Shown piece after piece: positions 27,831 through 36,913 of a stretch of DNA of 64,000 nucleotides. The first letter of the stretch is position 1, and each line of letters starts with the position of its first letter. The translations under genes and the position numbers were made by a program. This DNA comes from Roseibacillus sp. (GTDB taxonomy: Bacteria; Verrucomicrobiota; Verrucomicrobiia; Verrucomicrobiales; Akkermansiaceae), in contig CBDEUM010000039.1 in assembly GCA_965242925.1 (NCBI GenBank), positions 1-64,000 of the forward strand, read 5' to 3'. The notes beneath the pieces are model-generated. The model was not told the DNA's origin. It was given only the letters and a program-made list of their open reading frames with translations, and searched no databases.

Positions 27831-29153
27831 TCAGCCAACCAGGTCCCCAATCGATCCAAATCCCGGCGAGAACAATCGCTGGTACATGCGCACCGCGTAG
27901 CCATCGGTCATTCCAGCCAGAAAGTCACAGATCAGGCGCGCCCGTTCACCAACCGTCTCGACCCTTTCGATTTCCTCCGCCTGCTCGGCAGGGAGCACTT
28001 GAAACATCTGGCCGTCAATCGGCCGGCCCTCCACGTAACGGCGATGGTAGAGCTCCCAGAGCCGGCGCAGCATGAGACTTCCCTTATGCTCGAGCTGCTT
28101 GAGTTGAGGAGAGAGAAAAACAACCTCAAAGGCCAGCCTCTTGAACACTTCGCTTTCCGCCTGTCTCGCCCCGTCAACCACGATACGATAGCGGTAACGA
28201 TTGCTCTTCCCGCTGAGGAAATTTCTGTCCTCTTCCACTCTCACCGCCTTGACGTAAAGTCCGATTCGGTGGCCCACAAAGGAATCGATGCGGCCGCGAC
28301 TGATCGCACGGATGAGATCTCCGAGTGAACTCTCTGCCCCAACCTCGACCTCTCGCTTCTCCGCCCATGCTCGCACCGATTCTTCGGTCAGGAACCCCGC
28401 CCGCACACTGTCGGCCAGGTCGTTGAGCGAGTAGGCCGTGTCATCGGCCCAGTCCATGATCTGGCATTCCACTGACTTGAACCCGTCCCGCGCCTTGCCC
28501 GGCGCCAGTTCCGGCGGAAACTCCTGTTCTCCCAACGCCCAGCGGACGTAGCGATTCTGCTCGTCGTAGACGAAGTGGTTCGCGGGGGCCTTGCCGCCGG
28601 CTTTCCCAAGATCGCCCCATATCGACTTGTACTTGAGCACCCCATCGAGGAAGGCCCGCGAGGGATCCATCCCGCTCCTGCGCTGCGAGAAGATGCGCTC
28701 GGTAAGCAGACGCAGGGTCTGGGCGTTACCCTCGAACCCGCCATGGGGCGCCATGAAGTGATTCAGAGAACGTTCCCCGGCGTGACCGAAGGGCGGATGG
28801 CCCAGGTCGTGGGAAAGGCACACCGCTTCCACGAGGTCCGCGTCAATGGTGTGGTCGGGCGAGAAATCCTCGGTAGAGGCCAGGAGCCACGCACAAATGG
28901 ACCGGCCAATCTGGGCAACCTCAAGCGAGTGGGTAAGCCGGGTGCGGTAGAAATCGTACTCCCCGCTCCAGAACACCTGCGTCTTGTTCTGGAGCCGCCG
29001 AAAGGCGGTCGTGTGCAGGACCCGGTCACGATCAACCTGGAAGGGGCTCCGGAAATCGCCCCCCTCGATCCCGGCTCCCGAGGATCTCTCGACATCAAAT
29101 TCCTGGTAGAAGCGGTTTCGCACTGCCCATTGGTGGCCTCCCGCGGTGCTCAT
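27831..29153 (-). CDS. dgt: Deoxyguanosinetriphosphate triphosphohydrolase (HD domain)
   Basis: RSPFQVDRDRVLH, FRRLQNKTQV, RTRLTHSLEVAQI, HDLGHPPFGHAGE, FEGNAQTLR, DFLAGMTD. Confidence 0.95.
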   Translation of the reverse strand: MSTAGGHQWAVRNRFYQEFDVERSSGAGIEGGDFRSPFQVDRDRVLHTTAFRRLQNKTQVFWSGEYDFYRTRLTHSLEVAQIGRSICAWLLASTEDFSPDHTIDADLVEAVCLSHDLGHPPFGHAGERSLNHFMAPHGGFEGNAQTLRLLTERIFSQRRSGMDPSRAFLDGVLKYKSIWGDLGKAGGKAPANHFVYDEQNRYVRWALGEQEFPPELAPGKARDGFKSVECQIMDWADDTAYSLNDLADSVRAGFLTEESVRAWAEKREVEVGAESSLGDLIRAISRGRIDSFVGHRIGLYVKAVRVEEDRNFLSGKSNRYRYRIVVDGARQAESEVFKRLAFEVVFLSPQLKQLEHKGSLMLRRLWELYHRRYVEGRPIDGQMFQVLPAEQAEEIERVETVGERARLICDFLAGMTDGYAVRMYQRLFSPGFGSIGDLVG

Positions 29154-29430
29154 GGAAACAATGATTTCGAGTTTTCGTGCACTTTCCGGGTCGTCTTGAC
29201 AGGTGGCAAAGAAGGCCCGGGTATGCTATCCCAAGCCGCGAACCTGAACGCGCCAGGACCTGGGTGCAGAATGCTAACCTTTCCGAACCGGTCCTGGAGG
29301 AAATCAGGCGCCCGCAGGAGAACTCCCCCTGTGGCTACCACCGGCAATAGCTCAGCAACCTTTTCCCGTGACCCCGGTTTTATCCAGCCGGGGCTTCCCG
29401 CCTCAATGCACAATCCTGTCTGAACCAACC

Positions 29431-30546
29431 ATGAAACTACGCATGCACACTGCCGCGGCTCTCCTCGCCGCCCTCCTCGCCGCTCCTCTTGCGACCGGCG
29501 CAGATTTAACGGCCTCCATGTCCGAGGGCAAACCCGACCTGAAGTCCATCGGCCCCATCGCCTTCGGACCGGAGGGCATCCTCTTTGCTGCTGACTCCAA
29601 GTCCGCGGCCGTCTTTGCAATCGCCACCGGCGACACCAAGGGCGTGCAAGCGGACTCCCTCAAGGTCGAAAACCTCGACGAGAAAATCGCGGCGCTCCTC
29701 GGAACATCCGTCGAGCAGATTCTCGTCAACGATCTCGCGGTCAACCCCGCCTCGGGTACTCCCTATCTCGCAGTCTCCCGCGGACGCGGTCCCGATGCCA
29801 ACCCCGTGCTCCTCAAGGTCAACGGCGACGGCTCGCTCGCCCTCGTCTCTCTCGACAAGGTCAAGTTCTCCCTCGCCGCCCTGCCGAACGCCCCTGCTGA
29901 CAAAGTCGTGGGCCAAGGCCGACGCCGCAAGAATGCGCGCCTCGAATCGATCACCGACATCGCCTACACGAACGGTGATGTAATCGTGGCCGGCCTCTCC
30001 AACGAAGAGTTCGCCTCCTCCCTGCGGCGCATCCCGTTTCCCTTCAAAGAGGTCGGCAAAGGCACCTCGGTTGAGATCTTTCATGGCGCTCACGGCAAAC
30101 TGGAAACCCGCTCGCCCGTGCGAACCTTCACAACCATCACGATCGAGAACGAGCCTCACCTTCTCGCCGCCTACACCTGCACGCCGCTTGTGCAGTTTCC
30201 CCTCAAGAGCCTGAAGCCGGGCGCCAAGATCCGGGGCACCACCCTCGCGGAACTCGGAAACCGTAACCGGCCCCTCGACATGATCGTCTACCAACAAGGC
30301 AAGCAGACCTTTATCCTGATCGCCAACAATGCGCGTGGCATCATGAAGGTCACCACCAAGGACATTACCGAGGCAAAAGGCATCAGTAAGCGCGTGGAGG
30401 GCGGAAAAACTGAAGGCCTCTCCTACCAAACCATCGAATCCTGGAAAGGGGTGGAGCAGCTCAACGGCTACAACAGCGAATCCGCCATCGTGGTGCAGCG
30501 CGGAGATCCCGGCGGTCTCTCCCTCACCACCATGCCCCTCCCCTGA
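29431..30546 (+). CDS. Secreted hypothetical protein, probable beta-propeller
   Basis: Signal peptide; IGPIAFGPEGILFAADS, GLSNEEF, HGAHG..ETRSP, AAYTCTPL, ELGNRNRPLDMI; coding-like codon pattern. Confidence 0.8.
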   Translation: MKLRMHTAAALLAALLAAPLATGADLTASMSEGKPDLKSIGPIAFGPEGILFAADSKSAAVFAIATGDTKGVQADSLKVENLDEKIAALLGTSVEQILVNDLAVNPASGTPYLAVSRGRGPDANPVLLKVNGDGSLALVSLDKVKFSLAALPNAPADKVVGQGRRRKNARLESITDIAYTNGDVIVAGLSNEEFASSLRRIPFPFKEVGKGTSVEIFHGAHGKLETRSPVRTFTTITIENEPHLLAAYTCTPLVQFPLKSLKPGAKIRGTTLAELGNRNRPLDMIVYQQGKQTFILIANNARGIMKVTTKDITEAKGISKRVEGGKTEGLSYQTIESWKGVEQLNGYNSESAIVVQRGDPGGLSLTTMPLP

Positions 30547-31695
30547 ATGGGCTCAGGTTGTGAAATCGATGGGGAGCGCCGGCCGCACTCGCTCCCCATT
30601 TTGATGCTGCTGGCCAGTGCGCTCGCCAGCTCGGCCGAGCCTTCCCTGCGCTGGGTGAGCGATCCCGCGCAGCCGTATCTTGCCTGGGTGGAGGTTGCAC
30701 CGCTTGAGAACTTTGTGCTCCCCGCCAAGGCGAGTGAGAGGACCAGACTCCTCTCGGTCCGCGTCACACCGACGGGCAATTCAGCGGTCCCTCCGATGGC
30801 GGGAAGGTATTCCCTGGAGAAGAACAGGCTGAGCTTTCACCCGCAGTTTCCACTGGAACCCGGCCTCCGCTACACCGCGAGCTTCAAGTCTCTGCGTGCA
30901 AGTATCTCCGCCCCACCCCGCAAGGATGCACCGGCCACCAAGGTCAGCAAGATTACTCCGACCGCCGGCACTCTTCCGCTCAACCTCCTCAAGTTCTACA
31001 TCCACTTCTCCGCGCCCATGACGCGTGGGAGCTCCTACCAGCACATCCAACTGCAGGACAGCATGGGCGAACGGGTGGCCGATCCCTTTCTGGAACTGCC
31101 GGAGGAACTCTGGAATCCCGAGATGACGCGCCTCACCATTCTTCTCGATCCTGGCCGGATCAAACGCGGCCTCCTTCCCAACGAAGTTGTCGGGGCGGTG
31201 TTTGAGGATGGCAAAGACTACACCCTCAGGATCGACCGCTCATGGAAGGACGCCTCTGGAAGGCTCTTGGAAAAGTCCTTTGCCAAGAAGTTTCGCGCGG
31301 CTGCGCCGGATTACCACCAACCGCAACCCAGGAAATGGCAATTTCGCTATCCCACCGCAGGCACGCGTGAACCGCTTCGGGTCACCTTCGCTGAGCCCCT
31401 TGATGCCGCCCTCGCCACCCGCCTCCTGGCGGTGGGTCGCGAGCCAAATCTCATCCTGGAGGGCACCACCTCGCTCGCGGCCCATGAAACGGCCTGGGAG
31501 TTTCGCCCCGCTGAGCCCTGGTCCGAAAAACCTCACCATCTCAAGATCGATCACCGACTCGAGGACTTGGTGGGAAACTCCATCGAGTGCCCCTTCGAAG
31601 ATGCCCTCGATCGACATCCCGAGGCCGCCGGCGCTCCGCCCCCCAAATCCCGTCATCCGTTTGCGCCAAAACCCGCAGCCCCCAAAGTTGATTAG
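30547..31695 (+). CDS. Secreted hypothetical protein with Ig-like (Big_5-like) segments
   Basis: Hydrophobic leader; LPLNLLKFYIHFSAPM, ELWNPEMTRLTILLDPGRIKRG, WEFRPAEPW...LEDLVGN. Start may be at ~30604. Confidence 0.75.
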   Translation: MGSGCEIDGERRPHSLPILMLLASALASSAEPSLRWVSDPAQPYLAWVEVAPLENFVLPAKASERTRLLSVRVTPTGNSAVPPMAGRYSLEKNRLSFHPQFPLEPGLRYTASFKSLRASISAPPRKDAPATKVSKITPTAGTLPLNLLKFYIHFSAPMTRGSSYQHIQLQDSMGERVADPFLELPEELWNPEMTRLTILLDPGRIKRGLLPNEVVGAVFEDGKDYTLRIDRSWKDASGRLLEKSFAKKFRAAAPDYHQPQPRKWQFRYPTAGTREPLRVTFAEPLDAALATRLLAVGREPNLILEGTTSLAAHETAWEFRPAEPWSEKPHHLKIDHRLEDLVGNSIECPFEDALDRHPEAAGAPPPKSRHPFAPKPAAPKVD

Positions 31696-31783
31696 CGGAG
31701 GAACGGGGGCCGTCGAATGTGCCACAGTTCCTGTCTTGGAGCGCTAAACTCGCCCCTGGTCCGACAGCTCCGCCCCTTCTCCC

Positions 31784-32005
31784 ATGAAACCCCTTCTGCG
31801 CCTCGCTGCGCTCGCCACCCTTGCCATCCTTGCCACTCTCGGCCTCGTCTCTTGTGCACCGTTGAGTTCCAATGCCATTCGCCATGATCGAGGCCCGGTC
31901 CACACCATGCCCGAGTCCTGGGATTCCGGAAGCCACTATGCCGGATTCTCCGCCAGCCGCCCCTCGGCCAACGGCTACAACTACAGTTCCGGCGCCCCTT
32001 GCTAA
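31784..32005 (+). CDS. Small putative lipoprotein
   Basis: MKPLLRL + hydrophobic stretch + LVSC lipobox; 73 aa filling the intergenic gap. Confidence 0.6.
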   Translation: MKPLLRLAALATLAILATLGLVSCAPLSSNAIRHDRGPVHTMPESWDSGSHYAGFSASRPSANGYNYSSGAPC

Positions 32006-32092
32006 GGCGGCTTCTTCTAGGACAGGCGGGCACCGGTCTAATTGAGTTCTGCTTCGCTTTCGGGTTTCCCAAATCCCCCTTGCGCATGCACA

Positions 32093-33913
32093 ATGCATTG
32101 CGTGACGCCCCTCGCCTACCTGGCTCTCGTTCTTGCCCTCGGGATCCTTGCCCAATGGCTTGCGTGGCGGCTCAAGCTGCCCTCCATTCTCATCCTGCTG
32201 GCCTTTGGCTTCGGCCTCTCCCTGACCACGGGCGTGCGCATCGATGACTATCTCGAGAGAGAAACCCTTCTTGCCCTTGTTGGGATCTTCGTCGCGATCA
32301 TCCTCTTCGAGGGCGGACTCACTCTCAAATTCTCCGAGCTGCGCGAGGCGGGCGCGCCCGTCATCCGCCTCTGCACCCTCGGAGTCCTCATCGCCTTTGG
32401 ACTTACCAGTGTCGCAGCAAGCTACATCTTCGGTTGGAACTGGCGCATCGCAGCGCTCCTGGGCGCCATCCTGGTGGTGACCGGCCCCACCGTGGTCGCC
32501 CCGCTCCTGCGCGTGATCAAGCCCACCCGCAAGATATCCTCCATCTTGAAATGGGAAGGCATCGTGGTCGATCCCATCGGCGCCATCCTCGCGCTTCTTG
32601 TCTTCCAGGTCGCAATTGCTGGCGGGGTCCAGTCGGCAAGCGAAAGTGTTTTCCTCACTCTCGGCAAAACCATCCTGGTGGGAATCGTGGTCGCGATCGC
32701 ACTCGCGAAAGTGATTGAGATTCTCCTCAGGCGCCACCTGATCCCCGACTTTCTCGAAAGCGTCTTTCTCCTCGCGGTGGTCGCGGTGGCCTTTGCCGCT
32801 TCCAACGCAATTCAGGAGGAATCCGGCCTCCTCACCGTCACGGTGCTCGGCATTGCGCTCGCGAACCAGAAGTCGGTGTCCGTGCGCGACATCCTCGAGT
32901 TCAAGGAGAACCTGCGCGTTCTCATCATCTCGCTCCTCTTCATCCTCCTCTCCGGCCGCATCGCGTCCGAAGAACTCGGGGCCGTGGCTCTCCCCAGTCT
33001 CGCCCTCCTCGCCGTCCTCTTGTTCATCGTCCGCCCCGCCTCCGTCTATCTCGCCAACCTCGGATCAAAGTCGGTAAACTATCGCGAGCGCACCTTCCTC
33101 GCGGCCCTGGCTCCGCGCGGAATCGTAGCCGCCGCCGTCACTTCGGTCTTCGCCATCGAACTCGATGACGCGGCCGCGAAGGGAGAACTCCCTTCTGCCA
33201 TTGCAGGCCAGGCCGAACACCTCGTCCCGGTGGTCTTTCTCGTCATCATTGGCACCGTCCTTGTCTACGGCCTCCTCGCCTCCCCCCTCGCGCAACGACT
33301 GGGGCTCTCGAACAGGAACGCCCGCGGAGTTCTCTTTGCCGGAGCGGACGCCTGGACCCGCCTCATCGCCAAGACCCTCCTCAATGACGGCCATCCGGTC
33401 ATGCTGCTCGATACCCGCTACGAGAATGTCGCCGCTGCCCGCATGGTGGGTCTCAACGCCATCCGCGCCAACATTCTCTCCGAGCACGTCGAGGAGAATC
33501 TCGAGTTTCCAGGCATCACCCAGCTGGTGGCCGGCACTTCCAACGACGAGGTCAACTCCCTGGCCACCCGCGAGTTCGCTCACATCTTCGGCAAGGCCAA
33601 TGTCTGGCAAATTGCACCCAGCGACAAGGACGCCCACCCCATCACCTCTATCGCCTCTCACCGCCGGGGGCGCATCTGCTTCAGCGAGGAGCCCACCTTC
33701 CAGAATCTCCAGAATCTCGCCTGTCACGACGGCATCATCAAGAAGACGCTCCTCACCGAGATCTTCACCCTCGAAAACTTCCACGAAGTTCACGGTGAAG
33801 AGGCCGTCATCCTCTTCCTTCACGACGAGGGCAAGGGCCTGCGCCCCGCCGCCGCCGACCTTGAGAGCATCCCTCCCGGCACCACCATTTATTCCCTGGT
33901 CAACCCGGAGTGA
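32093..33913 (+). CDS. CPA1/NhaP-type cation:proton antiporter with C-terminal TrkA-N-like domain
   Basis: Multiple TM helices, ILFEGGL, TGPTVV, WEGIVVDP, APRGIVAAA, C-terminal VLFAGA nucleotide-binding-like fold. Start 32093 or 32102. Confidence 0.9.
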   Translation: MHCVTPLAYLALVLALGILAQWLAWRLKLPSILILLAFGFGLSLTTGVRIDDYLERETLLALVGIFVAIILFEGGLTLKFSELREAGAPVIRLCTLGVLIAFGLTSVAASYIFGWNWRIAALLGAILVVTGPTVVAPLLRVIKPTRKISSILKWEGIVVDPIGAILALLVFQVAIAGGVQSASESVFLTLGKTILVGIVVAIALAKVIEILLRRHLIPDFLESVFLLAVVAVAFAASNAIQEESGLLTVTVLGIALANQKSVSVRDILEFKENLRVLIISLLFILLSGRIASEELGAVALPSLALLAVLLFIVRPASVYLANLGSKSVNYRERTFLAALAPRGIVAAAVTSVFAIELDDAAAKGELPSAIAGQAEHLVPVVFLVIIGTVLVYGLLASPLAQRLGLSNRNARGVLFAGADAWTRLIAKTLLNDGHPVMLLDTRYENVAAARMVGLNAIRANILSEHVEENLEFPGITQLVAGTSNDEVNSLATREFAHIFGKANVWQIAPSDKDAHPITSIASHRRGRICFSEEPTFQNLQNLACHDGIIKKTLLTEIFTLENFHEVHGEEAVILFLHDEGKGLRPAAADLESIPPGTTIYSLVNPE

Positions 33914-33932
33914 TCTTCCCTGCCCGGGCAAA

Positions 33933-34757
33933 CTACCCCGTGCGTCCCGCCCACCACCACAGTTTCGGATCCAGCTCTGTCATCGCTCGCTCTGCCAGAC
34001 GATCAGCGGCTGCCACGTCCTCCAGAACTGCGAACACAGTGGACCCCGAGCCACTCATCAGGGCCGCCCTGACTTCAAACTGCTCCAGCAACCACATTTT
34101 CAACTCGGCCAGGAAGGGAAACTTGGCGAACCCCGACCGCTCCAGATCGTTGCGCATCCCGAGAGCGGCGACCTCCTGGGCCTCATAGCGCACATAGGGG
34201 AGCTCTTTAGTATCCGCCCAGCGTTGGTAGGCATCGGTTGTATCCACTCCGAAGGCCGGCTTAAGGAGAATCACCTCCAGTTCATCCACCGTCGTATCTT
34301 CCAGGATCTCTCCTCTCCCCCGGCACCAGCACGCTCCCTCACGCAGGAAGAAGGGGACATCCGAACCAAGTTGCCCGGCCATTTCCTCGAGTTCACCCTT
34401 CGTCAGCCCCGTCTCTTTCAGTTTGTTCAGCGTCCGCAGCACTGCCGCTGCGTCACTGCTTCCTCCCCCCAGACCCGCCCCTGTCGGAATACGCTTCTCC
34501 AGTGTGATCTGATAATGACAGGGAATTCCGGTCCGCTGCTCGAAAAGTCGTAGCGCCTTCGTTACCAGATTGTCCTCAGGGGGGCCCACTTCCGCTCCCC
34601 CCGTCTCCAGGACATAGGACTCGGCAGGCTTGAAATCCAGCACGTCGGCCAGCCCTGGCAACGGAACCATGAGCGTCTCCAGTTCGTGAAACCCATCTTC
34701 CCGCTTCCCGTGGATGCGGAGGGTCAGATTGAGCTTCGCTGGGGCAGTCACCATCAT
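33933..34757 (-). CDS. ispE: 4-diphosphocytidyl-2-C-methyl-D-erythritol kinase
   Basis: APAKLNLTL, REDGFHELET, KRIPTGAGLGGGSSDAA, LGSDVPFF, NDLE, MSGSGS. Confidence 0.95.
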   Translation of the reverse strand: MMVTAPAKLNLTLRIHGKREDGFHELETLMVPLPGLADVLDFKPAESYVLETGGAEVGPPEDNLVTKALRLFEQRTGIPCHYQITLEKRIPTGAGLGGGSSDAAAVLRTLNKLKETGLTKGELEEMAGQLGSDVPFFLREGACWCRGRGEILEDTTVDELEVILLKPAFGVDTTDAYQRWADTKELPYVRYEAQEVAALGMRNDLERSGFAKFPFLAELKMWLLEQFEVRAALMSGSGSTVFAVLEDVAAADRLAERAMTELDPKLWWWAGRTG

Positions 34758-35440
34758 GAGGACTCCACATTCTCTGTTCTTCGTCCCATCAGGGCCAGCA
34801 TTCGTCCCGTCTTTCCCCGCTCTACGCGGTAGGAGTAGAATTCCCCTGCATTCTGCCCGGTGCACACCCCACTCATCACCACCTGCTCCGGTGGGACTCC
34901 TGCCGCCAGCAGTTGCTCCGCAATGCGCGGGGCGATATCCACTTCATAGCAGGGCGGTCGAATGCACGGCGAGATAGCCGCTTCAATGTCACCAGCCTGC
35001 GATCCAAATTCCGCTGCCATGCGCTCCAGGGCCCGCAGAACGATGGCCTGCTCCGTGCCGTTCTTTCCCGAGTGCACCAACCCCAGGGCCCCGGTCCGAC
35101 GATCACAGAGGTAGACCGCCGCACAATCAGCCACGTAGATTCCCAGCAGCACCCCTTGCCGGCCACTTGTCAGTAATCCGTCCACTCCGGCTACAATCCG
35201 CTCCTCCACTCCCCCTGCCGGTGCGACCGCCACCGCATTACCGTGGACCTGCTCCGCCCGCCACAAGTCGTCCCACTCAAAGCCCCGCCGGGCGACTGCG
35301 TTCCGATGAGCCGGTTCCAGCAACCTCAGGGTGACCCCCTTGTCCCCGCTCACGGGAATCCCCGGAATCCGTGGGACAAAGCTGGCCTCCACTCCCGGAA
35401 CAGCCAGAACCCGGTCCAGAAAAGAAAGCGCCCCCGTCAT
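34754..35440 (-). CDS. YfiH/PgeF-family (polyphenol oxidase-like) protein
   Basis: EQVHG, DGLLT, VADCAAV, VHSG, ISPCI..CYEV, CT....FYSYR...TGRM. Overlaps the ispE start (ATGA). Confidence 0.9.
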   Translation of the reverse strand: MTGALSFLDRVLAVPGVEASFVPRIPGIPVSGDKGVTLRLLEPAHRNAVARRGFEWDDLWRAEQVHGNAVAVAPAGGVEERIVAGVDGLLTSGRQGVLLGIYVADCAAVYLCDRRTGALGLVHSGKNGTEQAIVLRALERMAAEFGSQAGDIEAAISPCIRPPCYEVDIAPRIAEQLLAAGVPPEQVVMSGVCTGQNAGEFYSYRVERGKTGRMLALMGRRTENVESS

Positions 35441-35512
35441 GGGATTACCATAACGGGGGCGTCTTCACCGTGCCAAGTTTCCCCGGCACCAAGTGATGGA
35501 AAGTTATTCCCT

Positions 35513-35965
35513 TTATCGAGGAGTCACCACGCGCCGTGCATGATCAAGCGTCTCGGCTTCTTCCTCGTCCATCTCAGACATCATGTCAGCGAGGTTGGCG
35601 GCAATCTCCTTACGCATGTGGGCCACAAGTTCAGTCCCCTTATGCGTGATGCGAACCATGATCTTACGACGATCTTCAGCAGCGTGTACGCGCTCAACAT
35701 ATCCAAGCTTCTCAAGGCGATCAACGAGACCAGTGGCCGCGGCAGTCGAGTGCCCCATCTTTTTGGCGATATCCGACATGGTCAGATAGTCCTCGCTGGA
35801 AAGGTAGGCGAGCAGGAAGAACTGAGGGAAGGAGATGTTCCCACGGTTGAGCTCGTTCGAGAGGTTCAGAATGCAGGAGCGCTGTGTGAAGAGGACAAAG
35901 TCCGCAAGACGATCCGCGTCCGCTTGGACTGCAACTCTTGATTGGTTGGCTGTGCTTGATTTCAT
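35513..35965 (-). CDS. MarR family transcriptional regulator
   Basis: ISFPQFFLL, TMSDIAKKM, TGLVDRLEKLGYVER...EDRR...ITHKG. Confidence 0.92.
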   Translation of the reverse strand: MKSSTANQSRVAVQADADRLADFVLFTQRSCILNLSNELNRGNISFPQFFLLAYLSSEDYLTMSDIAKKMGHSTAAATGLVDRLEKLGYVERVHAAEDRRKIMVRITHKGTELVAHMRKEIAANLADMMSEMDEEEAETLDHARRVVTPR

Positions 35966-36182
35966 GACTGTTCGACTGTGATGGTATTTAGGTAGGTTTG
36001 GGTGCCCAGCAGCTTGAGAAGTGAGGTTATTCTAAATTTTATAAACTTTTCAAGGGTAGAATTAAAAAAATATAGGAAATCAACCTGATTCCAGCATTCA
36101 ATATCGCTTAAGCACCTGCAATTGCGGCCTTTTTGTAAAACTTGTCCAGCAGATCTTGCTGTTGCAAACCCTCATTTCGCTC

Positions 36183-36671
36183 CTAAGGAGCTACCGGAAT
36201 GGACCTCACGGGGGCGCTCGAGCCCTCGGGAAGCTGCCGGACGACCACCACATCGCCCTTTGAGGGATTTCCTTCCTGGATATCCGCAGCGTAGTAGCGG
36301 CCCAGCCTTTCTCCCGTCAGGGAAAGCGAACAAGTCACTCCTTCCGGGCTCACTGACGCAATAAGGGTGCCCTGTCCGAATCCCCCGCCCTGAACATAAC
36401 GTTTGATGAGAACAAATTTCTCCACCGCATGCACCGAGGCGATCTCTCCAACGATCCGCAGGGAAGCAGGATCACCCTCCTTGCCCTTTCCTTCCTCTTG
36501 CTCCCTTGCCGCCGCCTCGCCCTTGGCTTCCTCCCTCTGCGTGTTATCGCGTTTTCCGGATAGACCACAGCTGGTCACTGATCCGGAAAAGATCAAAATC
36601 ACGAAAAGCAATGGGCACAACTGGGCACAACCGGGCACACCCCTACATAATCCAGACTTTCGAGATGGCAC
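36183..36671 (-). CDS. Hypothetical lipoprotein
   Basis: Hydrophobic stretch + VTSC lipobox; VGEIASV...FVLI...ADIQEGNPSKGDVV. True start probably downstream of 36671. Confidence 0.6.
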   Translation of the reverse strand: MPSRKSGLCRGVPGCAQLCPLLFVILIFSGSVTSCGLSGKRDNTQREEAKGEAAAREQEEGKGKEGDPASLRIVGEIASVHAVEKFVLIKRYVQGGGFGQGTLIASVSPEGVTCSLSLTGERLGRYYAADIQEGNPSKGDVVVVRQLPEGSSAPVRSIPVAP

Positions 36672-36762
36672 GAAAATTCAGTTTCGCTCTCTCCCTGCCA
36701 TTGACGAACATCCCTCCCTGTGGTTTCCCTCTCTCCACATTTCCCAATTCAATTCGACTAAC

Positions 36763-36853
36763 GGAGCGGTGGCTGAGTGGTTGAAAGCGCTCCCCTGCTA
36801 AGGGAGTATACCCCAAAAGGGTATCGAGGGTTCGAATCCCTCCCGCTCCGCCA
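36763..36853 (+). tRNA. tRNA-Ser(GCT)
   Basis: GGAGCGG/CCGCTCC acceptor stem, D-loop GAGTGG, CTCCC-CTGCTAA-GGGAG anticodon arm, long variable arm, GGTTCGAATCC T-arm, encoded CCA. Confidence 0.96.
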
Positions 36854-36913
36854 CCTTTTAAGAGATGAACTTGAAGGGGCCGATCTTGCTCCCGGCCATT
36901 CCGCTTCCAGCTT

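Noticed and set aside
27831..29153. dGTPase as an anti-phage defence gene
   Set aside because: It looks like the ordinary housekeeping Dgt and has no defence-island neighbours.
29196..29227. TTGACA...TATGCT sigma-70 promoter
   Set aside because: The spacer is 20 bp, too long for a canonical promoter.
30544..30549. TGA-ATG in-frame junction as stop-codon readthrough fusion
   Set aside because: The downstream ORF has its own signal-like leader and there is no redox-motif context; translational coupling is simpler.
35966..36182. AT-rich region upstream of MarR with weak TTCTA...TAGAA symmetry
   Set aside because: Probably a promoter/operator, but no motif is strong enough to define.
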